Shown: piece after piece, positions 1-11,174 of the stretch
Numbering within the stretch: position 1 is the first letter of the stretch
Layout: the number at the start of each line of letters is the position of its first letter
DNA from: Candidatus Multivoradales bacterium
Lineage (GTDB): Bacteria > Acidobacteriota > Thermoanaerobaculia > Multivoradales > Multivoraceae
Length of the DNA stretch: 64,000 bases
Direction of reading: 5' to 3'
NCBI GenBank assembly: GCA_965223325.1
Contig: CBDCWI010000002.1
Span: 2,464,001-2,528,000, forward strand
Made by a program: the position numbers and the translations under genes
The notes under the pieces: model-generated
Seen by the model: only the letters and a program-made list of their open reading frames with translations
What the model was told of the DNA's origin: nothing
The model's database searches: none

Positions 1-3000
1 CGCACCTGGTCGCGCACATTCTTCTCGAGTCGATCGACTTCGGCGTCTTCGATCTCCTTGGCGCGCGAGTCTTTCTCGACGCCCTTGCGGGAGAAGATCT
101 TGACGTCGACGACGGTGCCGTCGATTCCTGGGGGCGCCTTGAGACTGGCATCGCGCACGTCGCCGGCCTTCTCACCGAAAATCGCACGCAGGAGCTTCTC
201 CTCCGGCGTCAGCTGCGTCTCGCCCTTGGGCGTGACCTTGCCCACCAGGATGTCGCCCGAGGCGACCTTCGCACCGATTCGAATGATGCCGCTCTCGTCG
301 AGATCTTTGAGCGCCGCCTCGGAGACGTTGGGGATGTCGCGGGTGATCTCTTCGGGGCCGAGCTTGGTGTCACGCGCTTCGAGCTCGAACTCCTCGATGT
401 GAATCGAGGTGTAGGCGTCGTCCTTGACCAGCTTCTCGGAAACGACGATCGCATCCTCGAAGTTGTAGCCGCGCCAGGGCATGAAGGCCACCAAGACATT
501 CTTGCCAAGCGCCAGCTCGCCGTCTTCAGTGGACGCGCCGTCTGCCAACACGTCGCCCTTCCTGAGACGCTGCCCCTCGTGGACCAGCGGACGCTGATGG
601 ACGCAGGTGTTCTGATTCGAGCGTCGGAACTTGATCAGCTGGTAGATGTCGGCGCCAAACTCGCGCTGCTCGCCGGTCTCGCGATCTTCGCTGCCAACCC
701 GCACGATGATGCGGTCGGCGTCAACGGAATCGACCACGCCGTCGCGCTGGCAGAGCACGACCGAACCCGAGTCGCGCGCCACGATTCCTTCGAGGCCGGT
801 GCCGACGATCGGAGAGTCGGCACGCAGGAGCGGTACCGCCTGGCGCTGCATGTTCGAGCCCATCAACGCACGGTTGGCATCGTCGTTCTCGAGGAACGGG
901 ATCAGTGCCGCCGCAACCGAGACCAGCTGTTTGGGACTGATGTCCATGTAGTCAACGCGCTCACGCTCAACGGTGACGAAGTCACCACCAGCGCGCGCGA
1001 TCGGCCGCTCGTTGACCAGGAGACCCTTCTCGTCGATGCGCGCATTGGCCTGGGCGATGATGTACTTCTCTTCCTCCCAAGCGGTGAGGTAGAAGGCGAA
1101 CGGCTCGCCGGCAATGATCGTCTTGCCGGCCTTCTGAAGCTTGCGGTTCTCAGCGGCGAGCTCGTCTTCGGTGACCACCTGGCCGAGCGAGAACGGGCCT
1201 TCGCCGACCTTGACGACCTTGAAGTGGTTGAGAACGCGACCGTTCTCGACCCGCTTGTAGGGGCTCTCGATGAAACCGTAGTCGTTGATGCGGGCGTAGG
1301 TCGCCAACGATGAAATCAGGCCGATGTTGGGCCCTTCAGGAGTCTCGATCGGGCAGATGCGGCCGTAGTGGGAGGTGTGAACATCGCGCACCTCGAAACC
1401 CGCCCGCTCGCGCGACAGGCCGCCCGGCCCCAGGGCCGAGAGACGACGCTTGTGGGTGACCTCAGACAGCGGATTCGTCTGGTCCATGAACTGGCTGAGT
1501 TGCGACGAGCCAAAGAACTCTTTGATCGCCGCAATGACCGGCTTCGAATTGATGAGGTCGTGCGGCATCGCCGAGTCGATGTCTTGATGCACCGACATCT
1601 TCTCTTTGATCGCCCGCTCCATCCGCACCAGGCCAACGCGGAACTGGTTCTCGAGTAGCTCCCCAACCGCACGCACGCGGCGGTTGCCGAGGTTGTCGAT
1701 GTCGTCGACACGACCAACGTCTTTCTGGAGACGCAGAAGGTAGGCGATGACCTTGAAGAAGTCCTCCGCAGTCATCGTCTTCTGGTCGACTGAGGCATCG
1801 CTGTCGAGCTTGATGTTGAATTTGAACCGCCCAACACGCGAGAAGTCGTAACGCTTGGGGTCGAAGAACATGCCGTAGAAGAGCGAACGGGCACTCTCGA
1901 GCGTCGGAGGATCTCCAGGGCGCATGCGACGATAGATCTCGATCAGGGCCTCGCGAGTGTCGAGGGTCGAGTCCTTGGCAAGCGTGTTGGAAAGAGTCGC
2001 ACCGGTCAGTTCCCAGTCCGGGAAGAAGACTTCGATCTCGTTGTAGTTGCGACCCTTCAAACGCTCCTCGAGGTCGTCTGGGACCTGGTCGTTGGCCTCG
2101 AGAATGATCTCGCCGGTCTCGAGGTCGACGACATCGTGAATCAAGAAGGCGCGCTCGAGATCCTGGAGGCCGACCTCGGCTTCGACCGCACCACCCTCGT
2201 CGAGGGCGGCGACCGCATCTTCGCTGAGCGTGAGGCCGGCGAAGATGTTGAAGGTGTTGCGCTGCGCACGACGCGACTGCTCGCGCTGGCGCTCTTTGTC
2301 GAGCACGTCTTTGCCGAGTGTCAGCGTCATCTTGCCCTTGCCCTCGAGCGCCAAGGCGATCGGGGTGTAGAACATGCGCAGAATCTGCTCGTCGGTCTCG
2401 AGACCGAGCGCGCGCAGGAAGACGGTGCCGTGAAACTTGCGCTTGCGATCGATGCGAACCGAAAGGATGTCCTTCTGGTCGTACTCGAACTCGACCCAGG
2501 AACCACGGTAGGGAATGATCTTGGCGAGGAAACCGCGCGGGCCCTGGCGAGTGAAGAAGACGCCCGGGCTGCGGTGTAGCTGGCTGACGATGACGCGCTC
2601 GGTACCGTTGATGACGAAGGTGCCGTTGTCTGTCATCAGTGGGATTTCGCCGAAGTAGACCTCTTCTTCCTTGGCGTCGCGCATCATGCGCGTCCCAGTC
2701 TCCGGGTCTTTGTCATAGACAAAGAGCCGGAAAGTCACCTTGAGCGGCACGGCGAACGTCATGCCGCGCTCCTGGCACTCGGAAATCGTGTACTTGAGCT
2801 GCAACTCGACGGGACCGCCGCAGGTGTCGCACTTGGTGACGCGATTCTTCTCTTCCGAGCCACAGGTTTGACAGGTAACGGTGTCCTCGTTGGGGTGGTC
2901 CGTCATGATCTTGGCACCGCAGTTGGTGCAGGTCATGCGCAGGAACTCGAGCCCCTTCAGCGTGCCGCACTTACACTGCCAGTCACCGATCGAGTACTTG

Positions 3001-3251
3001 ACGAAGTCGAGCTGGCAGGTTTCGCGAAAGTCGGCGAACGGAAAGATGCCCTTGAAGACTGAGTGCAGGCCGTGCATGGTGCGCTCTTCGGGCAGGAGGG
3101 CCATCTGCAGGAAACGCTCGTAGGACTTCCGCTGAACGTCGATCAGGTCGGGGATCGGCAGCGTGGTCACAATGCTCGAGAAGTTCACCCGTTCGGCCAG
3201 GGCGACTCCATTGCCGTTGCCGTTGCCATTGCCGTTTCCGTTTGTTGTCAT
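1..3251 (-). CDS. rpoB: RNA polymerase beta subunit (3' part runs off the window)
   Basis: Read manually: ATG at 3251 after GAGGAAG; MTTNGNG...ERVNFS...[12 protein letters not shown]; later motifs [55 protein letters not shown]. Absent from the ORF track because the stop lies outside the window. Confidence 0.98.
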   Translation of the reverse strand, partial: MTTNGNGNGNGNGNGVALAERVNFSSIVTTLPIPDLIDVQRKSYERFLQMALLPEERTMHGLHSVFKGIFPFADFRETCQLDFVKYSIGDWQCKCGTLKGLEFLRMTCTNCGAKIMTDHPNEDTVTCQTCGSEEKNRVTKCDTCGGPVELQLKYTISECQERGMTFAVPLKVTFRLFVYDKDPETGTRMMRDAKEEEVYFGEIPLMTDNGTFVINGTERVIVSQLHRSPGVFFTRQGPRGFLAKIIPYRGSWVEFEYDQKDILSVRIDRKRKFHGTVFLRALGLETDEQILRMFYTPIALALEGKGKMTLTLGKDVLDKERQREQSRRAQRNTFNIFAGLTLSEDAVAALDEGGAVEAEVGLQDLERAFLIHDVVDLETGEIILEANDQVPDDLEERLKGRNYNEIEVFFPDWELTGATLSNTLAKDSTLDTREALIEIYRRMRPGDPPTLESARSLFYGMFFDPKRYDFSRVGRFKFNIKLDSDASVDQKTMTAEDFFKVIAYLLRLQKDVGRVDDIDNLGNRRVRAVGELLENQFRVGLVRMERAIKEKMSVHQDIDSAMPHDLINSKPVIAAIKEFFGSSQLSQFMDQTNPLSEVTHKRRLSALGPGGLSRERAGFEVRDVHTSHYGRICPIETPEGPNIGLISSLATYARINDYGFIESPYKRVENGRVLNHFKVVKVGEGPFSLGQVVTEDELAAENRKLQKAGKTIIAGEPFAFYLTAWEEEKYIIAQANARIDEKGLLVNERPIARAGGDFVTVERERVDYMDISPKQLVSVAAALIPFLENDDANRALMGSNMQRQAVPLLRADSPIVGTGLEGIVARDSGSVVLCQRDGVVDSVDADRIIVRVGSEDRETGEQREFGADIYQLIKFRRSNQNTCVHQRPLVHEGQRLRKGDVLADGASTEDGELALGKNVLVAFMPWRGYNFEDAIVVSEKLVKDDAYTSIHIEEFELEARDTKLGPEEITRDIPNVSEAALKDLDESGIIRIGAKVASGDILVGKVTPKGETQLTPEEKLLRAIFGEKAGDVRDASLKAPPGIDGTVVDVKIFSRKGVEKDSRAKEIEDAEVDRLEKNVRDQV

Positions 3252-3906
3252 CGCTTCCTCGTTCCGCTGGGTGAGAAGTGCTGTGCTGGATCACTAAATC
3301 TGGATGGTGGATCGGTACTGTTCTGGAGACTCAGTATCGAAGCGCTGTAGGTGGAGGGAACCGCATCGCGCTAAAACCAAGAGGCAAAGCTCCCGGCGGC
3401 TCGCCGGAAGGTGCGCCCTTCGATCGTTGAAACTCAGAACGGTGTCGTCTCTCCGAATGGAGAAACTTCCACCGGTCGGCCCATCCCTGGCGAATGGAGC
3501 CGCGTTGAAACCTGCTGTCGTCTGTTGCGCCGTAGGTGGGCAAGAGCAAGAGAACGTCGACACGTCGTGCGACGCGACCAACCGCTGAACGAGCCATGCC
3601 CCTCGGAGCAGGAAACACTCCGAGAGAAACCCCATCGCATGACGCCTCGGTCGAGACGCAATAGAACAAGCCTGTTGGTCAAAAAATTTCCACCAGACAA
3701 CCCGCCGCCGCCGCCTTGTGCGCACGCACCGAGCCCGGCTCGCGCGCAGCAAACGGAATCGACCGACCGGCCGCCCGTACCCGTCGTCTTAGCGCCATCC
3801 TACCCCCAAGATCAAGTCGAGGCGTAGAAAAGGCGGAAAGACGATGAAGGGAAGGCACGAACGGCGTCCTCACCGCCGCGCCAGCTCTGTCGCTACAGAC
3901 CGGCAG

Positions 3907-4293
3907 CTATTTGACCTCGACCTGTGCGCCCGCTTCTTCGAACTTGGCCTTGATCTCGTCGGCCTCTTCTTTCGAGAGACCTTCCTTGATCACAGCCGGA
4001 GCCGATTCGACGAGATCCTTTGCTTCCTTGAGGCCCATCGCGGTGACCTCGCGGACGACCTTGATGACGCCGACCTTCTTGTCGCCGAAAGACGACAGAT
4101 GGACAGCGAACTCGGTCTGCTCGTCGGCAGCGCCGGCGTCGCCACCCGCGCCACCACCGGCGACCATCATCGGCACGCCCGCCGCGGCAGCGGAGACGTC
4201 GAAGTGCTCTTCGAAAGCTTTGACCAGCTCGTTGAGCTGGAGCACGGTCATGCCCTCGACTTCCTTGATGAATTCTTCGTTACTCAGAGACAT
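3907..4293 (-). CDS. rplL: 50S ribosomal protein L7/L12
   Basis: [24 protein letters not shown]; position between rplJ and rpoB. Confidence 0.98.
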   Translation of the reverse strand: MSLSNEEFIKEVEGMTVLQLNELVKAFEEHFDVSAAAAGVPMMVAGGGAGGDAGAADEQTEFAVHLSSFGDKKVGVIKVVREVTAMGLKEAKDLVESAPAVIKEGLSKEEADEIKAKFEEAGAQVEVK

Positions 4294-4408
4294 TGTTTCT
4301 TTCCTTCCAAGACCCGTTGGCCGCTAGCGGCGTTCGGGAGTTCTGCAAAGCCGGAGCTTTCTCCGACGTTCAAGATCTAGCAGGATTGCCTGATGGTGTC
4401 AGGCGCCC

Positions 4409-4936
4409 TCAGCCCTCTTCCTTCTTCTGTCTGATCTGATCCAAAACCGTGACGAAACGAGTCGGCATGGCACCCAGCCCACGCGCCAGTCGCGCGATCG
4501 GTGACTGCAGGAGGTACGCCAGCTTGGCCAGCAGTTCCTCACGGCTCGGCAGGTTGGCGATGTCCTTGATCTGCGCCCCGTCGACTGCCGTACCGGCCAG
4601 GAGCCCGGCCTTGAACTCGACGACGGGCACTTCCTTGGCGAAATCGGTGAGTGCCTTCGCCAGCGCCACCGGGTCGTCGTTCGAATAGGCCACAGCCGTT
4701 GGGCCGACAAAGTGTTCTTCGAGGTCGGCCAGGGGAGTCCCCGCAATCGCGCGCTTGACCACCCGGTTCTTGACCACGGCGTAGCTTCCACCCGACTCGC
4801 GCACCTTGCTTCGCAGCTCAGTGTCCTGGTTGACGGTAATGCCTTGGAAGCTCACCAGGAAGGCGTGCGGCGCTGCCGCCAGCCCTTCGCTGTAGCGCGC
4901 CTCGATGCTTTCTTTCGCAGCTCTTGTCAGTGCCAT
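4409..4936 (-). CDS. rplJ: 50S ribosomal protein L10
   Basis: VVKNRVVKRA, GPTAVAY, LPSREELLAKL; synteny. Confidence 0.97.
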   Translation of the reverse strand: MALTRAAKESIEARYSEGLAAAPHAFLVSFQGITVNQDTELRSKVRESGGSYAVVKNRVVKRAIAGTPLADLEEHFVGPTAVAYSNDDPVALAKALTDFAKEVPVVEFKAGLLAGTAVDGAQIKDIANLPSREELLAKLAYLLQSPIARLARGLGAMPTRFVTVLDQIRQKKEEG

Positions 4937-4940
4937 TTTC

Positions 4941-5642
4941 TTACTCCGAAGCCGCGGTGAGGAACGGCGTTTCGTCGACCTTGACCCCAGGCCCCATGGT
5001 GGAGCTCAGGTGAATACCCTTGACGTAGCGCCCCTTGGCGGCAGCAGGACGGTGCTGCACGACGGCGCCGATCAGGGCGCGGGCGTTCTCGTTGATCTTC
5101 TCGGAACCAAAGGAGACTTTTCCAACTGGAGCGTGGATGTTGCCCGCCTTGTCGACGCGGAACTCGACCTTGCCACCCTTGATCTCTTCGACGGCCTTGG
5201 CGACGTCGAACGTCACGGTGCCGGTCTTCGGGTTGGGCATCAGGCCGCGCGGGCCGAGCACCCGGCCAAGACCGCCGACGACCCGCATCATGTCGGGCGT
5301 AGCGACCACGGCGTCAAACTCCATCCAACCGCCCTGGACCTTTTCGGCGAGCTCTTCGCCACCGACTACGTCGGCGCCCGCAGCTTCGGCTTCCTGAGCC
5401 TTCTCGCCCGAGGCGAAGACCGCGACCCGGGCACTCCGGCCGGTGCCGTGCGGCAGAACGACGGTGCCACGCACCATCTGATCAGCGTGCTTCGGATCGA
5501 CGTTGAGGCGCATCGAAACTTCGACGGTCTCATCGAACTTGGCGTACGACGTTTCCTGAATCTTGTCGACAGCCTCATCGAGACCGTAGGGACGGTCCTC
5601 GACCTTGGCGATCGCGTTCTTGTAGTTCTTACCTTTGGCCAC
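4941..5642 (-). CDS. rplA: 50S ribosomal protein L1
   Basis: [38 protein letters not shown]; GTG start at 5642 preceded by AAGGAG. Confidence 0.97.
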   Translation of the reverse strand: MAKGKNYKNAIAKVEDRPYGLDEAVDKIQETSYAKFDETVEVSMRLNVDPKHADQMVRGTVVLPHGTGRSARVAVFASGEKAQEAEAAGADVVGGEELAEKVQGGWMEFDAVVATPDMMRVVGGLGRVLGPRGLMPNPKTGTVTFDVAKAVEEIKGGKVEFRVDKAGNIHAPVGKVSFGSEKINENARALIGAVVQHRPAAAKGRYVKGIHLSSTMGPGVKVDETPFLTAASE

Positions 5643-5686
5643 TTCTAGCTCCTTAGCCTCTTTCTCCAGCGCGGGCTCACCCACTC

Positions 5687-6109
5687 TCAGGCGACTTCGA
5701 TCCCCATCGAGCGCGCAGTACCTTCGATGATGCGCATGGCGGCCTCGATGCTTCCGGCGTTGAGATCGGGCATCTTCGTCTTGGCGATTTCCTCGACCTG
5801 CGCCTGGGTAACTGTGCCGACCTTGTTCAGGTTCGGCTCGCCAGAACCCTTCTGAAGGCCTGCGGCCTTCTTGAGCAGCACGGCGGCCGGCGGAGTCTTG
5901 GTGATGAACGAGTAACTGCGATCGACGTAGACCGTGATCACGACGGGAATGATGAGCCCTGCATCCTGCTGCGTCCGGGCGTTGAACGCCTTGCAGAAGT
6001 CCATGATGTTGACCCCAGCCTGACCGAGCGCCGGACCGACGGGCGGCGCCGGGGTCGCCTGACCGGCAGGAATCTGAAGCTTGACGAATCCTTGGACTTT
6101 CTTAGCCAT
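5687..6109 (-). CDS. rplK: 50S ribosomal protein L11
   Basis: [29 protein letters not shown]. Confidence 0.99.
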   Translation of the reverse strand: MAKKVQGFVKLQIPAGQATPAPPVGPALGQAGVNIMDFCKAFNARTQQDAGLIIPVVITVYVDRSYSFITKTPPAAVLLKKAAGLQKGSGEPNLNKVGTVTQAQVEEIAKTKMPDLNAGSIEAAMRIIEGTARSMGIEVA

Positions 6110-6178
6110 TTCTTATCTCGTTTGCGGGCTGGTGATCGGTTGTTTGAACTGAGACCTGACCTGAGTCGCGATCCCGAA

Positions 6179-6799
6179 CTACAGCTTCTGAACCTGTAGG
6201 AACTCGAGCTCGACCGGAGTCTGGCGACCGAAGATGGTGACCATGACCTTGACCGTGTTGCGATCGAGGTTGATCTCTTCGACCAGGCCGGTGAAGTTGT
6301 TGAACGGACCGTCGATGATCTTGATCTGTTCGCCCTTCTCGAAAACGTACTTGGGCTTCGGCTTCTCTTTCGCCGTGGTGACCTGCTGAACGATCTGGTC
6401 GACCTCGTGCTGCTCGAGAGGCGTCGGGTTGCGGCCGGTGCCAACGAAGCCAGTGACCTTGGGTGTGTTCTTGACCACGTGCCAGGCGGCGTCGGTCATT
6501 TCCATCTCGACCAGGATGTAGCCCGGGAAGAACTTGCGCTCGGTCTCGCGCTTCTTGCCGGCCTTCATCTCGACGATCGTTTCCTTGGGGATGCGAATCT
6601 CGCCAAACAGATGACCCATATCGTGCGCATCTGCGCGCTGTCGCAGGCTCTCCTTCACCCGCTCCTCGAAACCCGAGTAGGTGTGCACGATGTACCACTT
6701 GCAGTTGGCCGACTTCGCGGGCGAAGCCTCCTCCGGCGCGTCGGGTGTGTCCGACCCGGGCAAGTCGCTGGCAGTGCTCTCTGTACTTTCGTTAGCCAA
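6179..6799 (-). CDS. nusG: Transcription termination/antitermination factor NusG with acidic N-terminal extension
   Basis: WYIVHTYSGFE, FPGYILVEM, KOW motif IIDGPFNNFTG, IFGRQTPVEL. Confidence 0.98.
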   Translation of the reverse strand: MANESTESTASDLPGSDTPDAPEEASPAKSANCKWYIVHTYSGFEERVKESLRQRADAHDMGHLFGEIRIPKETIVEMKAGKKRETERKFFPGYILVEMEMTDAAWHVVKNTPKVTGFVGTGRNPTPLEQHEVDQIVQQVTTAKEKPKPKYVFEKGEQIKIIDGPFNNFTGLVEEINLDRNTVKVMVTIFGRQTPVELEFLQVQKL

Positions 6800-6892
6800 G
6801 GTGGCCTCCGGTTCGGTCAGCGGGATCTGGAAGTGTGGGGGTGCACGACGATCGGCGGGCTCAGACCCTTGGTTGTGAGGGCCCGCCGATCG

Positions 6893-7096
6893 TCAGGCCC
6901 CGAGGGTCTGATTGAAGAGTTGATAGAGCTTCACGATCACCTGATCGGACGCATACAGAAAGATCGCAAAGATGATGCTAGCCACGATCACCACCAGGGT
7001 CGTGTTGATGACCTCTTCCCGTGAAGGAAAGGACACCTTCTCCATCTCGAAGTAGACCTCCCGGAGGAAGGTGCGTGCTCTTGTGATGTAGCTCAT
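6893..7096 (-). CDS. secE: Preprotein translocase subunit SecE
   Basis: FLREVYFEMEKVSFPSREE plus one TM helix; lies between tRNA-Trp and nusG. Confidence 0.95.
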   Translation of the reverse strand: MSYITRARTFLREVYFEMEKVSFPSREEVINTTLVVIVASIIFAIFLYASDQVIVKLYQLFNQTLGA

Positions 7097-7168
7097 GATC
7101 GTTGTTTCTCAGAGTGCGTCTTTGGAAGCGTCCTGGAGGCTCGAAGGCTGCGGCCGGTCTGACTCGAG

Positions 7169-7244
7169 TGGCAGGGCAGGAGGGAATCGAACCCCCAACC
7201 GCCGGTTTTGGAGACCGGTGCTCTGCCAATTGAGCTACTGCCCT
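7169..7244 (-). tRNA. tRNA-Trp (CCA)
   Basis: AGGGCAGTAGCTCAATTGG...CTCCAAA...GGTTCGATTCCCTCCTGCCCTGCCA; cloverleaf with encoded CCA. Confidence 0.97.
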
Positions 7245-7297
7245 CTATCGATTTCGGACCGGCATCGCGATGCCATTCGACAACTGCTAGTTGCCCC

Positions 7298-8485
7298 CTA
7301 CTCGTGAATCTCGGTGACGGTTCCGGCCCCGACGGTGCGGCCGCCTTCGCGAATCGCAAAGCGCACACCCTTCTCCATGGCGATCGGAGCGATCAGCTCC
7401 ACGTCGAGCGACACGTTGTCGCCAGGCATCACCATCTCGGTGCCCTCAGGAAGCTCCGCGATACCCGTCACATCGGTGGTGCGGAAGTAGAACTGTGGAC
7501 GGTAGCCCTTGAAGAACGGAGTGTGGCGACCACCCTCCTCCTTCGTCAGGATGTAGACCTCGCCCTTGAACTTCGTATGCGGAGTGATCGAACCGGGCTT
7601 CGCCAGGCACTGACCACGCTCGACCTCGTCCTTCTTCGTGCCACGAAGAAGAACACCGACGTTGTCACCCGCCTCACCGCGATCGAGAAGCTTGCGGAAC
7701 ATCTCGACACCCGTCACCGTCGTCTTCGACGTGTCACGAATGCCAACGATCTCGACCTCGTCACCGACGTTGACCACGCCACGCTCCACGCGGCCGGTCA
7801 CGACCGTGCCGCGACCCTGGATCGTGAAAATGTCCTCGATCGGCATCAGGAAGTCCTTGTCCACGTCGCGCGTCGGGTTCGGAACGTAAGAGTCCACCGA
7901 GTCCATCAACTCCACGACCTTCTCGGCCCACTCCGAAGCCGGGTCCTCGAGAGCCTTCAAGGCCGAACCGCGAATGATCGGGATGTCGTCGCCAGGGAAC
8001 TCGTAGTACGTCAAAAGCTCACGAAGCTCGAGCTCGACCAGGTCGAGAAGCTCTTCGTCGTCGACCGTGTCGCACTTGTTCATGAAAACGACGATGTATG
8101 GAACACCGACCTGCCGAGCCAACAGAATGTGCTCACGCGTCTGAGGCATCGGACCATCAGCAGCCGACACCACCAGGATCGCGCCGTCCATCTGCGCGGC
8201 GCCCGTGATCATGTTCTTGACGTAGTCAGCATGGCCGGGGCAGTCGACGTGAGCGTAGTGACGGTTCTCCGTCTCGTACTCGACGTGAGCGGTCGCGATC
8301 GTGATGCCGCGCTCGCGCTCCTCAGGCGCCTTGTCGATCTGGTCGAAGGCGACCGCCTCGGCGCCACCCTTCGCGGCCAGAACCGCTGTGATCGCTGCCG
8401 TCAACGTCGTCTTACCGTGATCGACGTGACCAATCGTCCCCACGTTCAGGTGGGGTTTGGTGCGTTCAAACTTTTCCTTGGCCAT
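7298..8485 (-). CDS. tuf: Elongation factor Tu
   Basis: [36 protein letters not shown]. Confidence 0.99.
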   Translation of the reverse strand: MAKEKFERTKPHLNVGTIGHVDHGKTTLTAAITAVLAAKGGAEAVAFDQIDKAPEERERGITIATAHVEYETENRHYAHVDCPGHADYVKNMITGAAQMDGAILVVSAADGPMPQTREHILLARQVGVPYIVVFMNKCDTVDDEELLDLVELELRELLTYYEFPGDDIPIIRGSALKALEDPASEWAEKVVELMDSVDSYVPNPTRDVDKDFLMPIEDIFTIQGRGTVVTGRVERGVVNVGDEVEIVGIRDTSKTTVTGVEMFRKLLDRGEAGDNVGVLLRGTKKDEVERGQCLAKPGSITPHTKFKGEVYILTKEEGGRHTPFFKGYRPQFYFRTTDVTGIAELPEGTEMVMPGDNVSLDVELIAPIAMEKGVRFAIREGGRTVGAGTVTEIHE

Positions 8486-8911
8486 AGCCCTGCACTGCCT
8501 CCTGGCGTCGTTTGCCTCCGGTGCGTCAAGAGAAGAGCGAACACTTCGCTCGCCTGACGTGGCAGGACCTCGAGGTTCGACACAGCAAGCGTCGCTGTGC
8601 CTTCTGAGGAACTACCGTGTGGGGAAACCTGTTGTTTGGGATTCGTTACTGAATCGTTGGTCTGTTCGGGACTGTTCTGATCAGATCGCGCTCGCGCACG
8701 AAAACCGCGTCTTCGGATTCGCCGGAGACCTCGAAAGGTCACAGGCCTTAGAGCAATGTGTCAACCAAAAGCATTTCGACTGGCACCGCGGGTTCATGGT
8801 CCGACCAAAGCTTCGGTGCTCGATGCCGCGGCCGTGGACCATGGCGAGTACCGCACCTCTCTGGGCTTTGATCGGGGATCCTGCGGGCCTTCCTCGAGCG
8901 CCATCGGCTGA

Positions 8912-8986
8912 TGGAGCCCACGACCGGAATTGAACCGGTGACCCCTTCCTTACCAAGGAAGTGCTCTACCTCTGAGCCACGTGGGC
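8912..8986 (-). tRNA. tRNA-Thr (GGT)
   Basis: GCCCACGTGGCTCAGAGGTAGAGC...TTGGTAA...GGTTCAATTCCGGTCGTGGGCTCCA. Confidence 0.96.
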
Positions 8987-9151
8987 CGAAGACACGACAA
9001 TCCCCGGCCTGCCACCGTCAATCTCGGTAGCACGCTGGCGGAGAAACCAGGATCCTAGCCGCTGTCGAGGCCAAGGTAAACCCCTCGGTTGCCAAAAACT
9101 CGATTTCGAGCACTCTGGCCCGGTTGCCAGGGCCCGAAAACGCGGCTCTCC

Positions 9152-9592
9152 TCAGCCCGCGCCACCCGCAATGTCCTGCCCGCTACGCTGGCCGTGGCCG
9201 AGCTCGAAGCCCGGCTCCACCAGTTGTTCCAGGGCTTCGGCGAGCTCCTCCTGGAAGAAAGGCTTGTGGAGAAAGCGGGTACGACGGCCCGACGAGATGA
9301 CGCCCTCGGTATGGGCTGAGAAGAAGAGAACCGGCAGTTCGGGGAGAAAGGCGCGGGTGCGGGCGGCCAGTTCGACCCCACTCACCCCCGGCATGACGAC
9401 ATCCGTCATCAGGAGCGCGATGTCTTCCTGATGGTCCTCGAGAAGACCCAGCGCATCGTGGTGATTGGTGGCTCGCAGGACGCGACAGCCAAGGTCCTCG
9501 AGCAGGACAGCCGACACGTGCAGGACCGCCGGGTCATCTTCGACCAGCAGGACCAGGAGCTCATTACCGTGACACCTGGAGTTCTGACGCAT
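9152..9592 (-). CDS. Single-domain response regulator (receiver)
   Basis: LLVEDD, LLMTDVVMPGVSGVELA, FLHKPF; start codon uncertain. Confidence 0.85.
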   Translation of the reverse strand: MRQNSRCHGNELLVLLVEDDPAVLHVSAVLLEDLGCRVLRATNHHDALGLLEDHQEDIALLMTDVVMPGVSGVELAARTRAFLPELPVLFFSAHTEGVISSGRRTRFLHKPFFQEELAEALEQLVEPGFELGHGQRSGQDIAGGAG

Positions 9593-9876
9593 TGAACGCT
9601 CACTTTTCCACAGAGGGTGGGACAGATCGCTTCGGTCGCAGCGCGCGACACTATCGACGAAAAGCACGGAATCTAAGGATCGTCGAGCCCTAAAGGGCTC
9701 TCTGTAATCTCCGATAGAGCACTATTCAGAGAAAGCATCCGCAGGTTTTCCACAGACAGTATCCACCGCAACGAGGAAAACGTCAAACCCGTCGTTCAGG
9801 GGCGCGCCAACAAAACGCTAATCTCCAACCGAGCCAAGCCCCTGTCACCACACACCAGAGAAAGGACCACTCTCTG

Positions 9877-10731
9877 ATGACGACCCCGCCCACCCCACCT
9901 CCACCGCCAGCCGCACCCGCTTCCCCACCACCGGTGCAACAGGCACCGCCGTCACGCCGCGGAATCCCCTGGTGGGGTTGGCTGGCGATGGGCTGCGGCG
10001 CGCTGGTTCTGGTGTCGCTCGTCGTGTTGGTAGGCGCTGGCTACTTCGTCGCCAAGAAGGCCAGCGAAGTCGCCGAAGACTTCGATGCCAACCCAGCGAT
10101 GACCGCGGCCAAGCTGATCGTGCGCGCCAGCCCCGAGCTCGAGCTCATCGATTCCGACGACGAAGACGGCACGTTGACGATTCGCAACAGCGAAACCGGC
10201 GAGGTGGTGACCGTCGACATCGAGGATCTCAACCAAGGCCGGATCTCGTGGGAAACCGACGACGGCCCCGGCGGCATCTCGATCTCCGAAGACGAAGGCA
10301 TCGTCATCGAAGGCACCGACGACGACGGCCAGCGCAACACGATGACCATCGGCGCCGACGAGGAAGGCATCGTGATGACCAGCCCCGACGGCACCGCCCG
10401 CATTGGAGGAGGAGGCGCCGACTACCCGAGCTGGGTACCCGTTCCGTCGGGGATCTCACCCGAGTCCAACTTCTCAGCCAGCCAGACCGGCGGCCGCGTC
10501 GGCATGTTCAGCTTCGAACCCACCGGCTCGATCGACGAGGCGATCGCGTTCTACAAGCGCGAGCTCGAGAGCGCCGGCTACACCCTCGAGACCGCATCGA
10601 TCAACGCCTCGGGGAGCCGCCAGGAGACGATCGCCGCCACCAACGCGAGCGAGAGCCGCACCATCAACGTCATGGCCAACGAAAGCGCTGGCAAGCGCCA
10701 GGTCGTCATTCAGTATGAGGACAAGCGTTAG
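9877..10731 (+). CDS. Membrane-anchored hypothetical protein (Pro-rich N-terminus, one TM helix, acidic beta-rich extracytoplasmic part)
   Basis: AAAGGA RBS, genome-typical codon use, hydrophobic stretch WWGWLAMGCGALVLVSLVVLVGAGYF. Confidence 0.85.
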   Translation: MTTPPTPPPPPAAPASPPPVQQAPPSRRGIPWWGWLAMGCGALVLVSLVVLVGAGYFVAKKASEVAEDFDANPAMTAAKLIVRASPELELIDSDDEDGTLTIRNSETGEVVTVDIEDLNQGRISWETDDGPGGISISEDEGIVIEGTDDDGQRNTMTIGADEEGIVMTSPDGTARIGGGGADYPSWVPVPSGISPESNFSASQTGGRVGMFSFEPTGSIDEAIAFYKRELESAGYTLETASINASGSRQETIAATNASESRTINVMANESAGKRQVVIQYEDKR

Positions 10732-10848
10732 GCGAGACCGCTAGCGAGTCGCATGGTGGCATCAAGTCTCATCTCGAGCGCCGACTCAGCCGCCACGAAA
10801 CAGCCTTCGGCCGAGCCCCGCGCTGGAGCCCTCAAATCACGTTGGAAA

Positions 10849-11106
10849 TCAGAGGCCATGCTCCTCGGGATCCCAGCCGAAGACCTCGATCATCGTCGCC
10901 CGGTCGAGCCGCAGGGCAGCAAGCCGCAGCTCGAGTTCTCGAGGTTCCAGGGGCCCGTATAGCCTCTGGAGCCGCAGCGTCGCCATCGCCTCAGCCGTTC
11001 GGTTCAGGTCAACCACTCGCCCGAGCTTTTCGATGGGCGTTATCGTTCGGTAGCGCTCGATCAGGACGTCCTCGATCGCGCGCTCTGTGTCGAGGGTCAG
11101 GACCAT
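10849..11106 (-). CDS. Small conserved hypothetical protein, 85 aa (possible antitoxin-like partner of nucleotidyltransferases)
   Basis: DT...E.VLIERYR.ITP.EKL..V..L...RLAALRL......VFGWDP pattern recalled from small genes beside nucleotidyltransferase genes. Confidence 0.6.
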   Translation of the reverse strand: MVLTLDTERAIEDVLIERYRTITPIEKLGRVVDLNRTAEAMATLRLQRLYGPLEPRELELRLAALRLDRATMIEVFGWDPEEHGL

Positions 11107-11174
11107 ACGTCACTCTACCGAACCTGAGGGAGGGTGATGCGAGTTCCAAGCGCCCGAACCACTAGCATGGAGTC

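Noticed and set aside
399-2579. Long plus-strand ORFs (399-1313, 2136-2579) and similar ones opposite tuf, lon, clpX and the oxidoreductase
   Set aside because: Antisense shadows of high-GC genes; they overlap unambiguous housekeeping CDSs.
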